Assembly: GCA_030141605.1 (NCBI GenBank)
Contig: JAQGDQ010000212.1
Coordinates: forward strand, 318,769 to 382,768
Source: Tubiluchus corallicola
Taxonomy: Eukaryota > Animalia > Priapulida
Length of the DNA: 64,000 nt
Direction of reading: 5' to 3'
Shown here: positions 47,901 through 58,355 of the stretch, piece after piece
How the letters are laid out: every line of letters starts with the position of its first letter
Numbering within the stretch: position 1 is the stretch's first letter
Program-made: the position numbers and the translations under genes
Notes under the pieces: model-generated
Told to the model about the DNA's origin: nothing
The model's input: only the letters and a program-made list of their open reading frames with translations
The model's database searches: none

Positions 47901-49756
47901 TTGGGGGAAGTCTGTCATATATATTTTAGGCATTCGCTCAGATTTAGGGCAATTTTCTTTCTGTCCTGGCTTGTACGCCTATGTAAGACAATGAGTAATA
48001 ACTAGGCAATAACCTGTACATAACATTTACAAAGCATAGAAAATAAACAGTACATAAAACATTTTCCAGTCCTTGCAAGAAGCAATTTCGATTCCGTAGA
48101 TATTTAATTTTTTGAAGATGGAAGCTCTCTAAATGCAGTCCAGTGTCTCTAGTACAGGCTAATTGATTCACAATATTCGTTTCGTGCGGATAACTAGCCA
48201 GAATACCGCATTTAACGCTGGTAAACAGCCCAGAAAACGAACATTTTAGTTCAGCAGTGGCCGCCATCTTGAATGCTGGAGGCCAATCCTGTCGGTAGTT
48301 TAACCAATGTGCTGGCCAGGCCCCTAATTGCCAAAGATGAATATTTATGACGTTTTGAAGCATTTTGACTAGATTTGACAACTCATGTTTACCTACACGA
48401 AGCTTTTTGATGAACGTTGTTACCTATATTTTTACCCTGATATATGCCTCTTTCAGGGGTCATTTACAATAGGGTGGAAATTCGCTCCATCGAAATTGTC
48501 ACTGCAGCATAGTGGGATGGGATGCTCTATTCACATACATATCGATATTTTTGTCCTAGCCCCTGCAGTGGGTGAGATATAAGACTTTGAAATGAGTGAG
48601 TATTTGCATCTTGTGCATAACGCGAGCTAGAAGACCCCCTGTAGAGCCGAAAGAGGGGTGTTTGGGACAAAAGTCGTCAAGTCATTTTGGAGAAGATAAC
48701 AAGATCCAATACTGTGCAGAGTCAGATCTATTCAAACACAGTAGTCGCTGCATGACTAATTCTTCAAATATGAGTAAAAAATAGAGAAAAATAGGTAATT
48801 TTTCATGAATTTCGGCCTATGCCGTACCTCTGCTACTATGAGGAGTTGGGCCAAGCGGATTCATATAGTGAATACTAGTGGACCTCATACCCATACCTTT
48901 GGTCTCAATCGGTTTACCTAACCTTGTGCCGTATTTTTCCGATTTTGCATGGTCTTCTTGTGGACGCGTTCTTAATTCGTTTTACCTTAATTGTTGGCTA
49001 GTCTTATAATTTGTGTTTTTAAAATTTGCCCAAAAAACATGCAGGACAAAGATTTGAAATTATAGTTTTGCTACTAAATTTTCTAGGAATTGCGAATATA
49101 CCTTTCATTTCTAGGATGACACCTTTTGTTACATTCAGACTTCGAGGTCTTTTAGGAAGATGTATTTTAAAATTGTCAACATCATGTAAACCGGTGTGAG
49201 CTATAACAATGTTCTTAATGATTGGGTTTTCGGAAAGATCTAAGTCTACTTTCTGCAGCCAAGGAGCATGTATTATTTCAAGACGTTCCATGGCTGTCAT
49301 CTCTTTGAAAGCGTCTGCAGCAATCCACTGAAGCTTCTCGTTCCACATCAACCTCAGTATGGTAGCTTGAGCACAAATACGCTTTGACTCAAGAGCCTGC
49401 AACTTGGATTCAATTATCTCCAATGTACTGAAATACTTTTCTACTAGATAACAATACCGAAGTGCATTAGGAAGTATATTGTAAAGCTGCAACTGCTTTG
49501 TCTCCCATTTCAAGTTCCTGGCAATTGCATCGAGGTCTCCACGGCCTAAGTTAACCTTCTTTCCACAGGTCATTTTGCAAGGAAGTCGCATTTCATAGGA
49601 ACACAGCCGTAAATCTTTACTGCAATTACTTCCATCGCCCACCTCGTGTATAACATCAGACTCTAAAGACCCTTGGAGAGCAAAACTGGAATAAGATATT
49701 GAAAGGCCAACAAAGTGAACAAATGCCATCCATAAAATGAACTGCGCATGCAACAT
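39403..49756 (-). CDS. Single-pass LRR receptor-like protein, copy C
   Basis: Exons 49756-49102, 45726-45575, 44336-~44031, unresolved small exons, 41105-41036 (TM), 40303-40233, 39708-39597, 39475-39403. Same lengths, phases and splice sites as copy B; tail differences are synonymous only. Confidence 0.75.
41345..42535. repeat. Compound tetranucleotide microsatellite, copy C
   Basis: Visible directly; homologous to 26590-27770. Confidence 0.95.
44490..45058. repeat. 26-bp minisatellite with ~210-bp higher-order periodicity, copy C
   Basis: The same order of monomer variants recurs at 44586 and 44796. Confidence 0.85.
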
Positions 49757-51282
49757 GATGAAACCAGCAAATCAACATTTCAGGGTTGAATTCTGACAGC
49801 GATGACTTTAGTTGCCTTTGAGCACGGAAGTGTGTGCAACACTTAGTGACAGAGAAAACAGCAGTTTTCGAATATTTCGATTTCCTGCGTCATAGTGCAA
49901 TTGCGACTGATGTAATAACAATTTGAACATAAAGGTCAAAATACTAAACACAAGAAGCTAGAGAACTGAAATTGAAATATGTAAGTATAATAGCGCGCCC
50001 AGACTAGAGAGTTCTTTCGCATCTTAGATAGATAGATAGATATTTTATTTCTGAAAATCAAACTTCCAACATGAGAATTACAAACTTGACGCATACCCGG
50101 TGGCTTTATCAGCGGGCAGAGCTCCGGTAATGATTTCCAGATCATACTAACAATTTGACTCAACATAGTAAAATTGTGACTTTCCAAGTGAAAGGAGGAA
50201 ACAAGATATTTAATATTTCAAGACAAAGTTTGCATTTTCTCTAATTTGCATGTTGTTATTACAATCCCTTGACCACACCTTAAAAGAAACCTACGTACAA
50301 AACACAACATTAATTAGTGTTTCTATCTATTTGATGAAAAAATTCTACAAGATTATTCAATAAAACTAAAATAACGAGTCTACGTGAAATTATTTTTCAA
50401 TAAAAAATATATTATCAACTTCTTTGAAATGTTGAAATGTGTCTGACTTTTAAAATGTTATGATTCCAACTGAACAAATTCATTAGAAAAGTAAATACCA
50501 GTGTCCAAGCGTAAAAAGATAAAAGAATAACATCTTCATTTGCGTGGTCTGGAGTACTCAGGTAAACACCTCATTTTGTTCCTTTTGATGATAGCTGCAC
50601 GGTTTACTAACGTAAGAATTTTTGTTCGCTATTAATATCATTAAAATTGGAGTAATTTTTGGAAATTACATTTGCAGGAATCAAACTGTGCTCCTATGAT
50701 TAGGACATTGGTATAAATGCTGATACGCTAGGCAATACACGGTTCATCTCGCTATGCGTGGGTGCTGTCATTTACTTTTCTAATAAAGTTTTGTTTCCAC
50801 AGTAATAAATGTGAATAACTATTTTTCTGTCATCATCAATAAACATCAAAGCTAGTGTGAACCACGTTTATACACAAATAAAACGAAATGAAAATCGGAA
50901 GCGTGCAAAAATGGTCAGAGTTAATTTATTAATAGATACTTGAAACAGTGACCAATTTCACATATTGCTGATAGTGAAAGTCTCAAGAGGATAGGTATGA
51001 CATAAAAATATTTTAAAAGTATTAAATACGGGCATTCTAAACGGGCATGCGCTGCAACCAACCGTATTGAAAAGTCTACACACAAGCATCTGTTTGCTCA
51101 TCACTGAGATCACTGAGTAAACTCATGTCCTATAACGAAGCCGTCCTCACTAACTTTTTTGGTGCAAACTCGTGAAACTTGAAACTCTTGAAAAGAACGT
51201 TAGAATTTCTTTTTAAAGTTGTGAGTGTAAATCTTCAAGCTGAAAAACATCCAGGAATTCTAGCAAAAAACTGTAAATCACA

Positions 51283-52296
51283 ATGTTAAATCTTACAGTG
51301 AACTCAACCATCGAAGAATGGCACGAATTTAGTGAAAGAATAACTCCAAAAGAGATTGTCATGTTTGTTGTAATTGCTCTGGTAGGAGCGTCTACAGCTT
51401 TTCTAAATGCCGTGGTTATTATTACTATTTACAAGTACCGATGTCTACAAACCTTCCATAACAAGTTATTGGCTAATTTGGCAGCAACAGATTTGATGTG
51501 GGGTGTTTTAATTGAACTATTGACAGTTACATTTATAGTTAAACCAAAGGCTTCAACTGAGCTTTGTTGTCTACAAGCGTTTTTAGTTGGAACGCTTTTA
51601 ACTCTGGGTGTAATTTTTCTTACCTCCATTGTAACGGATCGCTATATTGCTGTTGGTAAACCTATTGATTACCATAAGCTACAAGTGAAACTGAAAGACT
51701 TTAGCATCTTTATCGTATCTTCCACAACATATTCGCTGTTCGTGGGTGGGCTTTCTGCATCCCAAATAGCAATTAACTATAGTCCAGAAATTTTATGTTT
51801 TGACTTTGAACTTATGGTTCATCCCTGGTTTGCCGTCTTCTTCACAGCACATTACTTTACAGCATTAATTTTTATGATATATGCTTACACAACGATCACC
51901 ATAAGAGCTCTAAGAAGGCAGAACAAGGTCAACACTACTTCACGATCATCAAGAAGTTCTACAGTCGGGTTGCTTGTGCAAGTCAAGGCAGCTAGAATGT
52001 CAGCAGTAATCATTGTTTCATCAATGACACTTATTGCACCCACTATGTTTCACATGATAATAATCAGCACCACAAAACAGCAGGATCAAAATTTAAACAC
52101 CGCTATGTTAAAAGGATTGGGTTTCACCTTAAACTCGTTACTGAATCCGATTATATATTTCCTGTTCGTGAAAGACTTTCGTCGATGTGTTAGTAAGTTA
52201 CTCTGTCGAGCGAATGATATCAGTACAGAGGACAAAAGCCAAATTTCCCGGCCAGCAACTGTCTCTGTCGTCAAACAGCACAATTCTAAAGCTTAA
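51283..52296 (+). CDS. Intronless rhodopsin-class (class A) GPCR, orphan, 337 aa
   Basis: Seven hydrophobic segments; TM1 Asn, TM2 NLAATDL, TM3 Cys and DRY, TM7 NPIIY, helix 8 DFRR, N-terminal NLT/NST sequons. Confidence 0.92.
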   Translation: MLNLTVNSTIEEWHEFSERITPKEIVMFVVIALVGASTAFLNAVVIITIYKYRCLQTFHNKLLANLAATDLMWGVLIELLTVTFIVKPKASTELCCLQAFLVGTLLTLGVIFLTSIVTDRYIAVGKPIDYHKLQVKLKDFSIFIVSSTTYSLFVGGLSASQIAINYSPEILCFDFELMVHPWFAVFFTAHYFTALIFMIYAYTTITIRALRRQNKVNTTSRSSRSSTVGLLVQVKAARMSAVIIVSSMTLIAPTMFHMIIISTTKQQDQNLNTAMLKGLGFTLNSLLNPIIYFLFVKDFRRCVSKLLCRANDISTEDKSQISRPATVSVVKQHNSKA

Positions 52297-52329
52297 AAGC
52301 AGAAATGCACGACTCTTAAATCTACACCA

Positions 52330-52558
52330 GTGTTGATTGCTGACGCATGCTGTGTTTAAAGCAGTATTTCTTTCTACTGTGACTGATCCTATTCTATAGA
52401 TAATAGGTAAATCGAAGACCCCAAAGACAGCTTAGCAACCGCAGAACTGGGGTGTATAACAACCTAACAAATAACAAGGGTGGGAGGACACTTCCTTGAG
52501 GCACTCCTGATAGAACTGGGATGGGAAAGGTGACGAGGCTCAACTCTCAACTTCGACA
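52330..52558 (-). mobile_element. Old CR1-type RT fragment just downstream of GPCR1 (homologue at ~58390-58625)
   Basis: Minus strand reads PVLSGVPQGSVLPPLLF; the second copy reads PVPPGLPQGSVFGPLLF. Confidence 0.65.
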
Positions 52559-52559
52559 G

Positions 52560-53855
52560 TTTTGTTCGCATTGTTTTATAATTCTTGTATCACTCATTGT
52601 TTCTTACCAGACTCACTAATGTTATCAGTATTTGTGCCACTTATTAAAGACAAAAATAGAGATATAGCGGACAGAAATAACTGCAGACTCATCGTTTTAT
52701 CTTCGGTCTCTAGTAAACTTTTAGAAATTGTTGTATTGACTCGTTATGCTGATTGGTTACCTGCCACACCCAACCAGTTTGGTTATGTGGAGAATTTGGG
52801 TAGTGATGTATTAACATGTTAAAAGAAGTAGTAGAATATTATATAGACCGCCAGAGTACCGCACATATAATGTTTTTAGGCGCCTCCAAAGCCTTCGATA
52901 GAATTAATTATTTTAAACTGTTTTTAAAACTCATTGAGACTGAGATGCCAAATGTTGTTGTTCGTTTACTCGTTTTTTATTACACCCATCAAGGCATACT
53001 GGTGAGATGGTTCAACTATAACTCTGAGATTTTTGAAGTTGGAAATGGCGTACGGCAGGGAGGAAAGATGTCCCCTCTTCTGTTTAAATTCTACTTTAGA
53101 GAACTTAGTGAAAATCTAGCCTCTAGTAATCTTGGATGTCAAATTGCAGATATTTATTACAATCATTTGACATGTGCTGACGAAAATTGCCTATTAAGTA
53201 CCACGATAACTGCTCTGATGAAATTATGTGATATATATGTTGATTATGCAGCAAAATTTGATATTTTAATTAATGTTGACAAAACTAAGCTTCTGACTAT
53301 AACGCCTTCCAATATGAGCAATTTTGAGTTCGGAACAGTTAAGTTAGCTGGATCTGTTATTGAGCCTTGTGATAATGAAAAATATCTTGATCACATCATT
53401 TCTAGGGACAATAGAGACGATAGAGATATCATACGACAAGTAGGCATTTATTACTCTCGAGCAAATAAGCTATGCCGTAAACACGTCTATTCAACACTTA
53501 TAGCAATAGCTTCTACTCTATAGATACCTGGCGGCATTTTCATAATTATAATCTGAACAAACTCAAGGTTGCTCATAATAAATCTATGCGAAAAATTTTC
53601 AATTATCAGTTCGATCACAGTGCCAGGGACATTTCTGTGACGCATAAATTAGTGTACTTTGATGTTATTTACAGGAAAAGCATTTACAGCCTGAATACTA
53701 GAATTTCAAACAGTGAAAACTTGTTATGTAGAACAATATTCGGTAGTGATACTTTATTTACTTCCAGTATAAGAAAGATTTGGAGAAAGATATTGTATGC
53801 TTAATTTTTACATTGTTGATATTCATTGTATATAATGATTGAAGCCAATGCGAAA

Positions 53856-53919
<64 letters not shown>

Positions 53920-54040
53920 TGTAATTTTGTTTACTTTGTGAGCTTGTGTGTTTATTTAATTGTATTTTCGTTGTATATATTTTTATGTTGTACTAATATG
54001 ATATGAACGAAAATTTGAAATAAAGAAGTGAATCAAAATA
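52560..54040 (+). mobile_element. 5'-truncated, frameshifted LINE (RT domain and 3' end; RTEX-like by motif recall)
   Basis: NNCRLIVL, NQFGY, ASKAFDRINY, GVRQGGKMSPLLF, decayed YADD (CADE); (att)n at 53858-53920; absent at the homologous position after GPCR2. Confidence 0.85.
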
Positions 54041-55059
54041 TTCGAATCTCTCACTTAGCTATCTTTTTATCAATTTATCTCTGAAATATCCTGATGGAAA
54101 AAAAGCTAAAATGCGAGCACGTGCAGAAACCAAGTATGTTGTTGTAACGACATAAATTGTCTTTAATATCTGTAAATTATACTAGCACAATAATATAAAA
54201 AAGAAAAATTATCTTCCGAGTCTCTGGCTCAGATGAATTTTTGTTTCTTTGTACGAATTTTGCCTCGCTACTTGAGAGAGATATGTGGCTGGGCCTAGCA
54301 TTAGGATTCATTTCTGACGTTTGATCAATAATCTCGTTTACATGACATTATTATGATATTGTGTGTGTTGGTAACCATTAATGCTAGTTGTTTACAATCA
54401 CTTTCATGATTTGTGTACAAAACATTTGTTTTATGCAAGCATTTAGTATAGCTGACACTTCAATATTTGTTGTTGTTGTTGTTGTTGTTCTGCTTTGGCT
54501 AGGTTGATAAAATTATAGACATTGTTTATTGGGCTCTTGCATTTTGCTGGTGTTTACTTATCCTCATACATGGTGTTAAATAGTGCACAAAATATTATTT
54601 TGTTATAATAAACGAGAAATTGATAAACCCATGATAATTTTATCAAATAATTTGTAAAAATGGCATTTTTCGATGATACATTATGCAGTGCGAAATCATA
54701 AAAGCTGAAGACAATCTCAAATTACCACGATGTGCAGCAGGCCTACCACGAACTTATAAGCCAGTTATGTTATGCACAAAAATACGAGTTTACTCTATTG
54801 TTTGATTTTAAATAAATAAACTACTAGAATTTTATCTTGAACGTAATTTGTTTTCTGCGGTGTAATGCAATACAAAACTTTGTAAATTTACGACTAATTA
54901 ACATACTGAAATCAAATTATTACAATCCTTTCTTCAGGTATTCAAATTTGAAAATATGGTGAAGTTCTTTAGTTTTATGAAAAATATACAATCTGATACA
55001 AGTGGATTAAATAAACGTCAAGATAAAAAATCGATTTCTGTTTTACAGAATAATTCCAT

Positions 55060-55472
55060 AATTATCCATGGTTGTTAAATCAGCCTCAAAAATTGTAGGA
55101 ATTCAACAGCCATCTATGGCATATTTGTATGAAACAAGGGTCGGAAAGAGAACGCAAGTTATCATGAAAGATGAATTCCATCCAGGTAATAAATTTTTTG
55201 AAATGCTCCCCCCTCTGGACATAGATACCTACTCAATTAACGCTAAAGGCACAAGAACTTTAAATTATTTTTATCCCGTTGCAATTCGTATCATAAACAG
55301 TAAATTGCTGTAAATCTCCAACATTAATTATCTATGTCACTGTACAACTGATTGAATTATTTGTGTTAATCTCTTTGTTGTTTCCATAAGTTATTGCAGT
55401 ACGTAAAACCACATAAATTTCATTGTATGTATTATGCTATAATGACAATAAATTGCTTACTTACTTACTTAA
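55060..55472 (+). mobile_element. Rex1/Babar (L2-group) LINE 3' fragment
   Basis: VVKSASKIVG..IMKDEFHP..FEMLP..YFYPVAIRIIN resembles the Rex1 C-terminus; ends in aataaa plus (ctta)n. Confidence 0.7.
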
Positions 55473-55646
55473 CTAGGCTATATAGAATTCCATTCTAGTT
55501 CTATTATCATAACAAAAATAATTATCACCCAAAAGATTCCGCACAAGCTTTCTGCAATTCTATGTTATTACGAAAAATTCTTCACTTTTCGTTAGCTAAA
55601 TCACGATGTTTGATCATTCATTGAACTCAAGCATCAACATGATTAG

Positions 55647-55822
55647 CATGAATTTAGTGAAAGAATAACTCCACGAAAGATTGCCATGTTAATTGTAGAT
55701 GCGCTAGCTGGTACAATTACAGATTTTTCTAAAGGCATAATTATTAGAGCTGTTTTCAAGATTATGTAGATACGTTACAGACATACCATAACAGTCTGCT
55801 GGCTGATTTGTCACAGCAACCA
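55647..55822 (+). pseudogene. Relic of a third GPCR paralogue (N-terminus to TM2)
   Basis: gaatttagtgaaagaataactcca is identical to both GPCR genes and is followed by frameshifted TM1-TM2-like sequence. Confidence 0.7.
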
Positions 55823-57347
55823 ATTTTGTAGTAGTCAGGACCAGATTTAGACGCGATGAAGACCTAAGATATATAAAGCTCAAAAGCCTTTTTTTAAATA
55901 CACTAACTGGTCTCTGAAAACTTAAAAATATGTGCATTTTAATTATTTAATAGAAAAGTAAACAATGAAAATTATTTTAAGTGTAAAATATAATTTATGG
56001 TTACAACTCCACAACTTCATCAGAACTTTTTATCGACATGGTTGAAAATCATGCCAAACCTTTCAACAGAGCTACTGCAGTCATCATTAATGGTAAATTT
56101 TTACAAACATACAACCAGTTTATATAGGCAGAGCCTACAGTATAGAACATTATGCACTAATTATGTATACAGCACAAGCCACAAAGGTAACGATTAAGCA
56201 GACCTGATACAGTAGAAAAGAAATTGATACATCCATATATATCGACGAGGCTACAGCTCCGACGATGGCACCATATCAAACGAAAGGTCTCCACCGATAG
56301 GTTCGAACCTGAGGGTTTATTTTTCAAATCGGGTCCATCCTAAGGAACAGGGGACGAAAAACCTCCAAAAAGCCCTTTTTGGCCATTTTTTGCGAAAAAT
56401 TATTCCTAGAGAACAGGAACGTGTCAGGTGGGGGTGCCGGTAATGGTTAGGTAGGCCGTTCTACGGTGGGTGTTATATTTCGATTTTGCGGGAGGGCCAC
56501 CGGCTACGGAATTTTACCCGGACAAATCCACGCAAATTTTGTAGAAAACTGGTCAAACAGCCTCCAGAAAAATTCAGTTTGTTCAACTGTTTGGGCATGT
56601 TGGGAAAAAATAAACACAATCCAACGAAAGAGGATGAAACGGTCTACAAAATGTGGAGGGTGTCACTAGGAGAAGTAACGGCACAGTTTACTAAAGTAAG
56701 AATTTTTGGTCGGTATTAATATCACTAAAATTAGAGTAATTTTTAGATATTATATTTGCTGGCATCAAACCGTGCTTCTATGATTAGGGCATTGGTATAA
56801 ATACTGCAGCGCTAGGCAAATAAACGGTTTATCTCCCTATGGGTGGGTGCTGTTATTCACTTTTCTAATAAAGTTTTGTTTCCACAGTCATAAATGTGAA
56901 TAACTATTTTCATCAACAAACATCAAAGCTAGCTTGTATACAAATAAAACGAAATGAAAATCGGAAGCGTGCAAAATTGTCAGAGTTAATTTATTAATAG
57001 CTGCTTTAAGCAGTGACCAATTTCACATATTGCTGATAATGAAATTCTCGAGAGGATAGGTATAATATATGACATGAAATTATTTTAATGTAATAAATAA
57101 ACTAAACGGGCATGCGCCGCAACCAACCATATTGAAAAGTCTACACACATGCATCTGCTTCCTCATCTCTGAAATCACTGAGTAAACTCATATCCTATAA
57201 CGAAGCCGTCCTCACTAACTTTTTTGGTGCAAACTCGTGAAACTTGAAACTCTTGAAAAGAACGTTAGAATTTCTTTTTAAAGTTGTGAATGTAAATTTT
57301 TAAGCTGAAAAACATCCAGGAATTCTAGCAAAAAACTGTAAATCACA

Positions 57348-58355
57348 ATGTTAAATCTTACAGTGAACTCAACCATCGAAGAATGGCACGAATTTAGTGA
57401 AAGAATAACTCCACTAAACATTGTCATGTTAGTTGTGATTGCTCTGGTAGGCGCATCTACAGCTTTTCTAAATGCCGTGGTCATTATTACTATTTACAAG
57501 TACCGATGTCTACAAACCTTCCATAACAAGTTATTGGCTAATTTGGCAGCAACAGATTTAATATGGGGTGTTTTAACTCCACTATTGGCAGTTACATTAA
57601 CAGTTAAACCAAAGCCTTCAACTGAGCTTTGTTGTCTACAAGTGTTTTTAATTGGAACGCTTTTAACTCTGGGTGTAATTTTTCTTACCTCTATTGTAAC
57701 TGATCGCTATATTGCTGTCAGTAAACCTATTCATTACCACAAGCTACAAGTGAAGCTGGAAAACTTTAACATCTTTATCATAATTTCCACAATATATTCG
57801 CTGTTCGTGGGTGAACTTTTTGCATCCCAAATAGCAATTAACTATAGTCCAGAATTTTTATGTTTTGAGTTTGACCATATGGTTCATCCCTGGTTTTCGG
57901 TGTTCTTCACAGCACATTACTTTACAGCATTAATATTTATGATATATGTCTACACCTCATTGATCATAATAGCAGTAAGACAGCAGAAGAAAATTAACAC
58001 TACTCTACTACTATCAGAAAGTTCTACGTTTGGATTGATCAGGCAAGTAAAGGCAACTAAAATGTCAGCAGTAATCATTATTTCATCAATGACACTTACT
58101 GCACCCAGCATGTTTCACATGGTAATAATCAGCACCACAAAACAGCAAGATAAAAATTTAAACCTCATTTTGTTAAAAGGATTGGGTAGCTCCTTAAACT
58201 CGTTCCTAAATCCGATTATATATTTCCTGCTCGTGAAAGACTTTCGTCGCTGCATTAGGAAGTTACTATGTCGAGCGAATGATATCAGTACAGAGGACAA
58301 CAGCCAAGTTTCACTTCCAGTAACCGTCTCAGACCATCAAGCAGCAAAATTCTAA
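57348..58355 (+). CDS. Intronless rhodopsin-class GPCR, paralogue 2, 335 aa
   Basis: Same motifs as 51283-52296; flanks are also duplicated (50580-52558 vs 56680-58625; 54040-54780 vs 58630-59430). Confidence 0.92.
   Translation: MLNLTVNSTIEEWHEFSERITPLNIVMLVVIALVGASTAFLNAVVIITIYKYRCLQTFHNKLLANLAATDLIWGVLTPLLAVTLTVKPKPSTELCCLQVFLIGTLLTLGVIFLTSIVTDRYIAVSKPIHYHKLQVKLENFNIFIIISTIYSLFVGELFASQIAINYSPEFLCFEFDHMVHPWFSVFFTAHYFTALIFMIYVYTSLIIIAVRQQKKINTTLLLSESSTFGLIRQVKATKMSAVIIISSMTLTAPSMFHMVIISTTKQQDKNLNLILLKGLGSSLNSFLNPIIYFLLVKDFRRCIRKLLCRANDISTEDNSQVSLPVTVSDHQAAKF

Larger units (their letters stand above)
37480..50167. repeat. Segmental duplication unit C
   Basis: Colinear with 21235-32200; also shares intron-1 blocks with copy A that copy B lacks. 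Confidence 0.95.

Noticed and set aside
49019-49101. Different C-termini of the three LRR ORFs (GIFAIPRKF vs ...CFLGKF)
   Set aside because: These are read-through into intron 1 past the AAG|GTATAT donor; the 1-bp indel is intronic.
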